From: an uncultured virus (IMG/VR IMGVR_UViG_2788500352_000001)
Lineage: Duplodnaviria > Heunggongvirae > Uroviricota > Caudoviricetes
Virus record (IMG/VR): IMGVR_UViG_2788500352_000001
Strand: one strand, 5' to 3'
Length of the DNA: 64,000 nucleotides
Under the pieces are notes generated by a model. That model was not told the origin of the DNA. It saw nothing but the letters and a program-made list of their open reading frames with translations, and made no database searches. A program made the translations under genes and the position numbers. Of the stretch, positions 18,693 through 25,833 are shown one piece after another. Within the stretch, counting starts at the first letter, position 1, and each line of letters starts with the position of its first letter.

Positions 18693-19616
18693 TCAGTCAT
18701 ATCCACCCTCCACAAACTTGACGAATGTCTTTGATGTCATCAGCCATGAGAAGTCGACCTGCCACGGCAGATCGCTTTTCACTGCCTGCTCGAAAATCCT
18801 TGACCGCCTTACTTTCTCGAAATAGCGCCGGAACTGGAGAAGTCCGTCAGCCACGGTTCTGCACTCCTGCCGCTTGACAACCTCACGCCAAAGCTCCTGA
18901 ACGTCACGCTTGCGTCTCTCGGTGTCAATACGTACCGGCTCAAGCTCAGGCAGCACCGCGTGGTAAAGGTCCTTTAAAGCAACGTACGGACAGTTTTTCT
19001 GAAGATGCCGTGTTGGGTTTTTCAAAGCCTCAGCCTGCATCAGAGCGTCTGCTTCCTGTAGGTCCTCCCAGGAGGCAGTGGACTGCAGCTCGGTGTCGGG
19101 AAGCGTTTCGGGATCAGGAAGTTCGGGTTCTTCCTCCCAGGGCGCGATGTCCGCCTCACGCGCGTGCGCGCTCGTGCGTGCGTGGGAGGGGTTTTCTTTG
19201 TTAAAACTTTGTTTATCTATATTTAAGGAGCGACCTGCAACTGTTGCACCCCTGACCTGCAACTGTTGCACCTCTGATGACTCACGGCCTGCAACCATTG
19301 CACCTCTCTGACCTGCAGCAATAGCACCTCTTTCCGCGACATCAGCTTCGATAAATTCGTATTCGTTTGCCTGCCCTGTTCTGACGACTCTGAGAACGTT
19401 TTTCGCCGCTAAAGTTCCAACGGCTGACCTGACTGTTCGCTCTGACAACCTTGTCATGTGGACAAGTTCGGCGACCTTTGGCTTACATTCACCAGACTTT
19501 GAAAAACGTTTTGCGAGCACAGCTAACGCCACAAGCGTCTCCGAGCTGGAGAGCCTGGTGTCATTGAAAATAGCCCGCTGTGTATTAAACGGGTTCAGGC
19601 ACCCTTTTTCTGACAC
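18693..19616 (-). CDS. Replication initiator (O-like, N-terminal HTH)
   Basis: HTH (VAELVHMTRLSERTVRSAV), internal iterons, C-terminal WQVDFSWL..FVEGGYD; start codon uncertain. Confidence 0.8.
   Translation of the reverse strand: MSEKGCLNPFNTQRAIFNDTRLSSSETLVALAVLAKRFSKSGECKPKVAELVHMTRLSERTVRSAVGTLAAKNVLRVVRTGQANEYEFIEADVAERGAIAAGQRGAMVAGRESSEVQQLQVRGATVAGRSLNIDKQSFNKENPSHARTSAHAREADIAPWEEEPELPDPETLPDTELQSTASWEDLQEADALMQAEALKNPTRHLQKNCPYVALKDLYHAVLPELEPVRIDTERRKRDVQELWREVVKRQECRTVADGLLQFRRYFEKVRRSRIFEQAVKSDLPWQVDFSWLMTSKTFVKFVEGGYD
19192..19330. repeat. Putative origin: four CCTGCAACTGTTGCACC-like iterons plus AT-rich tract
   Basis: Copies at 19234, 19256, 19288, 19312; AT-rich 19192-19226. 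Confidence 0.75.
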
Positions 19617-19620
19617 GACA

Positions 19621-19821
19621 TCACCATTCAACGTGTGGTGCGACCTTCTCGCGTCGCACAAGGCCTCGTGAGCGTTTCTCGATTTTGATCGCCAGCTCAG
19701 CACTCGCCTTCCGGAAGCCATAAACGACATTCGACATGTGGCCCTTGGAGACGCCACAGTCTTTGGCGAATCTCTCCTTCTCGGCCAGAGGCAGCGAATG
19801 CCAGTAATCGCTAAGTTCCAT
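19621..19821 (-). CDS. Cro-like HTH regulator
   Basis: 66 aa, FAKDCGVSKGHMSNV...LAIKIEK; divergent from cI. Confidence 0.88.
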   Translation of the reverse strand: MELSDYWHSLPLAEKERFAKDCGVSKGHMSNVVYGFRKASAELAIKIEKRSRGLVRREKVAPHVEW

Positions 19822-19868
19822 TTAGCCCTCTTTTCGTCTATTGATGAAAAGAGATATTACAGCAACAG

Positions 19869-19891
19869 CTTTTGATTTGTACATCAAAAGA
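19869..19891. promoter_or_regulatory. Putative operator (right side of cI)
   Basis: Palindrome CTTTTGAT-TTGTAC-ATCAAAAG; shares GTACATCAAAAGA with 20625-20637. Confidence 0.65.
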
Positions 19892-19938
19892 CGAAAAAAT
19901 GAACAATGTCCTAGCTACGTTAGTTCAGAGGCCCGATC

Positions 19939-20553
19939 ATGAGCATTTACGACATCAGAGCAAACAACTTAAAACGGCTGCTCGTCGTTACACCGCCGAG
20001 TGAACTCGCCAATATGGTCGGCCGTTCCCCCAGTCAAATCTCTGACATCTCTACGGGCCGAAGGCGGATAGGCGAACGACTTGCACGGGCGCTAGAACTT
20101 AAATTAGGTTTGGCCCCTGGCTACTTTGACACCGCCGACGAACCTGCGATGCAGCCTTTGATCTCCTCTGGATTTCGAAGACTCCCCCTGATTCCTTGGG
20201 AATCACTGGGAGACCCAGAAAATCCAAGTGATTCAAAGGAGGTCTTTATTGTGACTTCAAACACTGCATCAGATTCGGCCTTTGCGCTGAAAATCGAAGA
20301 CAACTCGATGTCTCCGGGGTTTGAAAAAACCGATATCGTCATTGTCGACCCGGAGATCAAACCCACCCCGTCGTCCTACGTTGTCGCTGTGGCCGATGGA
20401 GAACCCGTGTTCCGGAAGTATCGCAGCCGCGGCAAGTCGGGCTTCGAACTTATCCCCCTGAACCCTGACTACCCAACCATTTCCAGCGAAGATTACAAGG
20501 AGTTGGAGATCAAGGGAGTCGCCATTCAGGTGATTAAGCAGCTCGGACACTAA
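19939..20553 (+). CDS. CI-like repressor (HTH + S24 peptidase)
   Basis: N-terminal HTH; FALKIEDNSM, FRKY, LIPLNPDYP. Confidence 0.93.
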   Translation: MSIYDIRANNLKRLLVVTPPSELANMVGRSPSQISDISTGRRRIGERLARALELKLGLAPGYFDTADEPAMQPLISSGFRRLPLIPWESLGDPENPSDSKEVFIVTSNTASDSAFALKIEDNSMSPGFEKTDIVIVDPEIKPTPSSYVVAVADGEPVFRKYRSRGKSGFELIPLNPDYPTISSEDYKELEIKGVAIQVIKQLGH

Positions 20554-20614
20554 CCAACTCGCCTCCCAGTAATCCCCCGCAACGGGGGATTTTTTGTCCC
20601 TATTCCATGTCTTT

Positions 20615-20638
20615 ATCTTTTGACGTACATCAAAAGAT
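20615..20638. promoter_or_regulatory. Putative operator (downstream of cI)
   Basis: Palindrome ATCTTTTGA-CGTACA-TCAAAAGAT after cI terminator. Confidence 0.65.
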
Positions 20639-20731
20639 GTTAAATTGGATCACAGAGGTTCGCCAATTGATGTAATACTATCGTTCATCAAATGCAGTTT
20701 TATTACTGCTTATGCCGTAAGGAATTACATA

Positions 20732-20869
20732 ATGACCTCTCTCGACATCCTTCACGAAAACATCCGCCGCGCCGGCCGCGAAGACACTTCGGCCGCGTTC
20801 TGGCTTCCCGTCATGCGCGTGATGGCCGGCATCTACGCCGCCCTTCTCGTTGGTCAACTCTTTGCATGA
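20732..20869 (+). CDS. Small early membrane peptide
   Basis: AAGGA RBS, hydrophobic C-terminus. Confidence 0.5.
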   Translation: MTSLDILHENIRRAGREDTSAAFWLPVMRVMAGIYAALLVGQLFA

Positions 20870-20876
20870 GGCAGCC

Positions 20877-21122
20877 ATGAAGGAAATCGTTGAAGAAAAG
20901 CTCAACTGGATCATCTTCCAGTCAGACGATCCGGACACGCGGCCGGCAGAGGATGACCGCAAGAATCAGCTCTACCTCGTGCGACCGTGCCTCACCACAG
21001 ACGATGTCATTGTGGCCCGGTATGACCGCAAGGCACGCAAGTTCCGTGACGGCAACATGCTCTTTCACGGCGCTCTTTGGACAAAGTGGCAGCCGCTCTC
21101 GGAGCTTCTCAAGGTTAACTGA
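20877..21122 (+). CDS. Hypothetical early protein
   Basis: GAGG RBS, 81 aa. Confidence 0.6.
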   Translation: MKEIVEEKLNWIIFQSDDPDTRPAEDDRKNQLYLVRPCLTTDDVIVARYDRKARKFRDGNMLFHGALWTKWQPLSELLKVN

Positions 21123-21400
21123 AGCCTTTTTAACCGGCCCCTGTCAACCACTCAGCAAGTCTGAGACCTGAATTTTCAATGTTTGTTTAATGCGGGGGCC
21201 GGTTAAAGAGCAGCTTTTGCTCCTGACCGATTAGATATGCAGCGGGCACTGCATGTACGCGAGTTGAGCTCACGCAGCCCGGTGAGCAGCGAAGACCCAG
21301 CCTTCGGGGCCGCGGGGCGACAACACGCCTGAGTCTTCGAGAAGGCCAATTTCAGCGCTTGGCAACGAGCGCTGATGTGGGCTTTTTTTGTGAGGGTTTT

Positions 21401-21655
21401 ATGTTCACAGCTAACGCGATTGTGGAAATCGAAACCGTATGCTTTACCCCAGGGGAAAAATGGACTGTGATATGTGGCGGAAGCCATCTGCAAGTCAGTA
21501 TCCAGGACAACAAATTCATGAAGAAGGTGTCGAATCGTGAAATCAGCTTTCGCTCCGGGGATCAACTCATCGTTTCCCTGACAATGCAGCTAACTTCAGA
21601 AAATAAGAGATCCCCTTTCAGTTTCATTGTGAACGAAGTTTACGGGTGGGGCTAA
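21401..21655 (+). CDS. Hypothetical beta-rich protein
   Basis: GAGGG RBS, 84 aa. Confidence 0.55.
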   Translation: MFTANAIVEIETVCFTPGEKWTVICGGSHLQVSIQDNKFMKKVSNREISFRSGDQLIVSLTMQLTSENKRSPFSFIVNEVYGWG

Positions 21656-21790
21656 CAAAGCCCGGGCATCGGACCCACTGGAGGTTTCTGCACGCTTAAG
21701 CTTTCGCCAAAACATCATTTTTTAGCAAGCAAAACATTTTTTGTTCTACCTGCTATCATCCGCGTATTGATTCGAGTTACGAGAAACAAA

Positions 21791-22762
21791 ATGACTGAAA
21801 GCAAACAATCAAAAGGCGGCCAGGCAAGAGCGAAAAACCTATCAGCGGAAGAACGCAAAGACATAGCCCGCAAAGCTGCACAGTTTCGCCATTTAAAAGC
21901 TCTGTACAAAGGAAATTTCAAAGAAGACTTTGGTTTTGATGTTGAGTGCTACGTTCTTAACAACGATGACAGAACGCCGGTGATCAGTCAACGTGGCATG
22001 GCTGCGGCACTAGGGTTCAGTGTCACAGCCGGCGGCTCTCGCTTTATATCCTTCACAAAAGGGAAAAGCATTAGCCAGTACCTTGGGCCTGAACTTATCG
22101 AAAAAATACAAAAACCGCTTGTTTTTCAATCATCTCTTGATGGGCCTGAAGTTGAGGTTAATGGCTACGACGTAACCATTCTGATTGATATCTGCAAAGC
22201 CGTAAATAAGGCTGAAATCGAAGGCGCTCTCAAGACCAGTCAACACGAGATCGCAAAACATGCCTCCGTCATTACGACCGCTTGCGCAAAATCCGGCATA
22301 CGAGAACTGGTCTATAAGATTGTCGGGATGAACTCGACCAAAGAACAGTTCCTCATAGCTTTCAAGCGATTTGTTCAAGAAGAAGCGAAACGATATGAGA
22401 GCGAGTTTCCTGTGGAGTTGTATGGCGAGTGGACTCGTTTGTACCAAATACAGATGCCGGAGCGTGGCTGGCCCTGGAAATTTAAAGTGTTAACTATTGA
22501 TCACGTATACACCCCTCTGGCAAAAAGTAACGGACGGGTATTAAAACTCTTGCGCAACCAAAAGCATGAGACGGGCGAGAACAATAAAAAGCTGTTTCAA
22601 TTTCTTAGTGATATTGGAACAAAGGCTCTGAGATTCCAGCTGGGGCGAGTTTTAGAAATGGCTGAGTCATCTAAGACGCGTGAGGAATATGAGAAAAAGA
22701 TCGTCGAGCGCTTTGGCGGTCAAATGAGCCTTGATTTTGAGGGCTCCGCCAAAGAAAAATAA
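21791..22762 (+). CDS. P63C-domain protein
   Basis: SKGGQARAKNLSAEERKDIARKAA N-terminus, VECYVL..RTPVISQRG, EFPVELYGEWTRLY..WPW, KLFQFLS. Confidence 0.85.
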   Translation: MTESKQSKGGQARAKNLSAEERKDIARKAAQFRHLKALYKGNFKEDFGFDVECYVLNNDDRTPVISQRGMAAALGFSVTAGGSRFISFTKGKSISQYLGPELIEKIQKPLVFQSSLDGPEVEVNGYDVTILIDICKAVNKAEIEGALKTSQHEIAKHASVITTACAKSGIRELVYKIVGMNSTKEQFLIAFKRFVQEEAKRYESEFPVELYGEWTRLYQIQMPERGWPWKFKVLTIDHVYTPLAKSNGRVLKLLRNQKHETGENNKKLFQFLSDIGTKALRFQLGRVLEMAESSKTREEYEKKIVERFGGQMSLDFEGSAKEK

Positions 22763-22827
22763 TTCTTACCTTTTCAACCAAGGCCTCCGAGCAATCGGGG
22801 GCCTTTTTTTATCCATCAGGAAATGGA

Positions 22828-23070
22828 ATGTTATGGACATCCGAACAAAACGAACAGCTGAGCCGTTACTGCGTCGGCATCCAGGCGATCTCGGCCAAAG
22901 TCCGACTCGGCCATGCCGATTACGCCGATGCGGCCGCGCTGGAGTTTGTCATGCCGCAACTCGCCCAAGCAGTCGAAGACTTGAAAAAACTGATCATCAA
23001 AAAGTGCCGGCAACGCGACAGTCAAATGCAGGAGGAAGCCGCCAATGACACGCTTGATAGCAACGCCTGA
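22828..23070 (+). CDS. Hypothetical protein
   Basis: ORF with RBS, coupled to next gene. Confidence 0.55.
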   Translation: MLWTSEQNEQLSRYCVGIQAISAKVRLGHADYADAAALEFVMPQLAQAVEDLKKLIIKKCRQRDSQMQEEAANDTLDSNA

Positions 23071-23425
23071 GCACATCAAGGCGATCATCCGCGACTACGC
23101 CCCGTGGCAGGCTGAGAAGCCACAGTTCAGGCCGGATCTTGCCTGTCAGGCTTTCGACAGCGAGGCAGACGGCACCACGATCAAGTTGCATGCAGCTGAC
23201 AGCGGCGCTCCGGAAGACGACAGATGGTTTGTGATCGTCTGTCCCGGTTACGGCGCTGACCGATACCTTGTGAACCTCACGAAGGCCCAATACGACGAAA
23301 TCCGGAATCTGATGCTTCAGAACATTACCGGTGGGAAGCTCACACCGGTTGTGAGCAGCGACTGGAAGAAGCAATTCAGCTGGCGCAAGTCCATGGGGAA
23401 GCACGTATGTCCTACCAAAAAGTGA
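23045..23425 (+). CDS. Hypothetical protein
   Basis: GGAGG RBS, 126 aa. Confidence 0.6.
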   Translation: MTRLIATPEHIKAIIRDYAPWQAEKPQFRPDLACQAFDSEADGTTIKLHAADSGAPEDDRWFVIVCPGYGADRYLVNLTKAQYDEIRNLMLQNITGGKLTPVVSSDWKKQFSWRKSMGKHVCPTKK

Positions 23426-23769
23426 TTCTTGTGGGACAGGTGGTTCACACGCCGCAGTACCGCAAGGGCGGCGATGGAGTTATCCAGGCGACGCGCCTGC
23501 AACTGCTGACTGAAACCCCCATGCGCAACGGCAATGTTGAAAGGAACTACCACACGGTGCTTGCGTTCGGAGATCTCGCCGACATCGCGCAGCAGGGAAT
23601 ACACAAAGGGAACCAGGTACATGCCGAGGGACGCTTACGCACCCGGCGCTACCAGGGAAGAGACGGTGTTGAGAAATGGATCACCGAGGTCATCGCCGAC
23701 ATGTTGGATTTCAGAGGAGAAATTGATGTTACTGAGGGACGTAGTGAAGGAAGCCAGGAAGCTGCTTAA
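23407..23769 (+). CDS. ssb: Single-stranded DNA-binding protein
   Basis: KVILVG..., KGNQVHAEGRLRTRRYQGRDGVEKWITEVIA. Confidence 0.9.
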   Translation: MSYQKVILVGQVVHTPQYRKGGDGVIQATRLQLLTETPMRNGNVERNYHTVLAFGDLADIAQQGIHKGNQVHAEGRLRTRRYQGRDGVEKWITEVIADMLDFRGEIDVTEGRSEGSQEAA

Positions 23770-24001
23770 AAAGCCCTATCAAAAGCAGTACTACGTGCAA
23801 TGGCTCCGCATCGCACACATGGTCAGCCTTGTCGACGTGGCTGTTGCCAAGGAGTACCTGATGCCGCAACTGCTGACCTACATGATCGCACTGGACGAAT
23901 GCCAGCGCAGCGTGATTTCCCGGGAGACGCTTAACGAGTACGCGGAAGGGCTACGGGCAGATCTGAAGATTTGGCTCAAAGCCATTGAGAGGTATGTGTG
24001 A
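23726..24001 (+). CDS. Hypothetical protein
   Basis: GAGGAG RBS, 91 aa. Confidence 0.6.
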   Translation: MLLRDVVKEARKLLKKPYQKQYYVQWLRIAHMVSLVDVAVAKEYLMPQLLTYMIALDECQRSVISRETLNEYAEGLRADLKIWLKAIERYV

Positions 24002-24114
24002 TTCGAGACGATGACGAAACCTTCGGGCTGACAGAGCTCTGCCTGACGATCTGTATCGCGGCCGTGCTGATCTTCGGCCCGGGACTTTTTCTTGGATGGC
24101 TGATTTGGGGATAG
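23998..24114 (+). CDS. 38-aa membrane peptide ending PGLFLGWLIWG
   Basis: Own translation; GTGA overlap with upstream stop; homologue at 61468-61581. Confidence 0.65.
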   Translation: MIRDDDETFGLTELCLTICIAAVLIFGPGLFLGWLIWG

Positions 24115-24116
24115 AA

Positions 24117-24467
24117 ATGGACCAGCAATTTTCTTTGGAACTGATTCGCAACGGCTTGCTCTGCTGCGACATTGAGGACGCAATCCGTGATGCCACACAG
24201 GCCGTCACCGAACGCGGCAAGGCCGCAACGGTGACCATCAAGCTCACCGTGAAGCCGGCCACGAAGTCATCAAGTGACAACGTGATCATCACGGACGACG
24301 TGTCCGTCAAGCTGCCGAAGCTCTCCTCCGGCGAGACGATTCTTTTTGCATGTGAAGACGGCCGCCTGAGTGCTGACAACCCGCGACAGGGCAAGCTCAG
24401 TTTTACAAAAGTTGAAGTGAAAGAACCGGCCAATGCCGCGGCCGGCAAGTTTGAGAAATTGAAGTAG
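24117..24467 (+). CDS. YfdP-like prophage protein
   Basis: AVTERGKAATVTIKL.VKP...GRLSADNPRQ; adjacent to DUF2303 gene. Confidence 0.7.
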   Translation: MDQQFSLELIRNGLLCCDIEDAIRDATQAVTERGKAATVTIKLTVKPATKSSSDNVIITDDVSVKLPKLSSGETILFACEDGRLSADNPRQGKLSFTKVEVKEPANAAAGKFEKLK

Positions 24468-24476
24468 GAGAAGAAA

Positions 24477-25292
24477 ATGGAAAAGGAAATGATTGACACC
24501 GCTGCCGAGCGCCGCCCCTTTATGCTGGAGGTCAAGGGCGTCCCGTTCATCGTCGGTCACAAGGACTACGAAGCATCGTCCTGCGAGAAGTTGCTGCCGC
24601 GGCCCGTGCACGATGAACGCCTTGTGACGCTTGCAGATGCTGCGAGCTTCACGGAATACATCCGCCGTCACGGCCAGAAGAACACGGCCGTCTACGTGTC
24701 GGCCACATGGCCCGCTTCCAATGCGCCGATGGCCGAGGTCATCATCGATGACGGAGCTGCCGGCCAAAGCTCGTGGAGAGACCACCGGGCCACGCTCTCC
24801 CCGGTACTCACCAAGGCATTCAGCGACTGGAGGATGATTGATCAGGAGAAGATCAATCAGCTCAACCTCTGCGTGTTTCTTGACAGACACCTGCAGGACA
24901 TCGTCCGGCCGGAAGGCACGACCGCACCATCGGCCGCCGAGGTGATGACCTTCGCGTCAACACTCTCCGACATCCGCAAGGTGGAGTTCAAAAAGAGCGT
25001 GAATCTGGACAACGGCCGCGTCCAGCTCACCTACACCGAGGAAGATGCCGGCACGCAGAACCTGACGATTCCCCGCGAGTTCTACATCCAGGTGAAGCCC
25101 CTGGAAGGCCACGACTGGACGTATCAGCTCAAGGTCGCAATGCGCTACCGGATCGAAGACTCCGTGAAGCTCATCTTCACGCTGGAGCTCCGCGACATTG
25201 ACCAGCTGATTGAAGCGCTCCGAAAGGAGATCACGGAGACACTGAAGAAAGACCTGTCTGCTGACGGCATACCGGTCTACCTGAAAGCATAA
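24477..25292 (+). CDS. DUF2303 (YfdQ-like) protein
   Basis: SFTEYI.RH, WRDHRA, VNLDNGRVQLTY motifs. Confidence 0.85.
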   Translation: MEKEMIDTAAERRPFMLEVKGVPFIVGHKDYEASSCEKLLPRPVHDERLVTLADAASFTEYIRRHGQKNTAVYVSATWPASNAPMAEVIIDDGAAGQSSWRDHRATLSPVLTKAFSDWRMIDQEKINQLNLCVFLDRHLQDIVRPEGTTAPSAAEVMTFASTLSDIRKVEFKKSVNLDNGRVQLTYTEEDAGTQNLTIPREFYIQVKPLEGHDWTYQLKVAMRYRIEDSVKLIFTLELRDIDQLIEALRKEITETLKKDLSADGIPVYLKA

Positions 25293-25302
25293 GGAGTCAG
25301 AG

Positions 25303-25518
25303 ATGTGCAAACGTAAGCAGCTTCCGCCGCCGCCAGATGCACTGGGCGTTTTGATGCTTGATGCCCGTCAGGTCGCCGCAGCATTAAACATCGGAGTGTC
25401 GTCACTTTGGAAAGCCGTAAAGAACATCCCCGGCTTCCCCAAACCCATAGCGATCACGCCGAGGACAGTTCGCTGGCGTGCCAGCGAAGTCGCAAAATGG
25501 GCGGCCGGTACTAATTAG
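25303..25518 (+). CDS. AlpA-family excisionase
   Basis: VAAALNIGVSSLW...GFPKPI.ITPRTVRW; last gene before att-like repeats. Confidence 0.88.
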   Translation: MCKRKQLPPPPDALGVLMLDARQVAAALNIGVSSLWKAVKNIPGFPKPIAITPRTVRWRASEVAKWAAGTN

Positions 25519-25532
25519 TACCCGATCTACAA

Positions 25533-25564
25533 CGCTCAGGAGGTGACTCCTGGGCGTTTTTTTT
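25533..25564 (+). terminator. Intrinsic terminator after excisionase
   Basis: CGCTCAGGAG-GTGA-CTCCTGGGCG followed by T8. Confidence 0.8.
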
Positions 25565-25588
25565 ATCATAATTCCAGTAAATGAAACA

Positions 25589-25735
25589 TTGCTCCCAATA
25601 TTGCTCCCAATAGAGACGGGATACGCAAATAACATCAATAAATATTAAGGAGTTCGGATCTAACTGGGCCAAAAACCCGCATGAATAAAGGCGTGTATGG
25701 CGGCTCCAAAAATCTTCCCTAGTTTTTTCCCTAGT
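25589..25735. repeat. Junction with two pairs of tandem arm-type-like repeats
   Basis: TTGCTCCCAATA x2 (25589, 25601) and TTCCCTAGT x2 (25715, 25727). Confidence 0.7.
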
Positions 25736-25833
25736 CATGCAGAAAAAGCGTAAACTCCTCACTAGATGTCCTGAGCGCCAAGAGCGCCTGAGACACGGAA
25801 CCCCGAGCGCCGCAAGGTACCCGGGGTTCAATT

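Larger units (their letters stand above)
1..25612. mobile_element. Prophage A (lambdoid head/regulation, contractile tail); left end outside window
   Basis: Contiguous tail, head, terminase, Q, replication, cI/cro, early genes and excisionase, ending in tandem arm-type repeats. Confidence 0.93.

Noticed and set aside
22828..22840. Partial late-motif match TTATGGACA (also GTCCATAAG at ~27679)
   Set aside because: Incomplete matches within coding sequence
25640..25712. Intact tRNA or tmRNA at the junction
   Set aside because: Only a short CGGCTCCA resemblance; no T-arm or cloverleaf can be built
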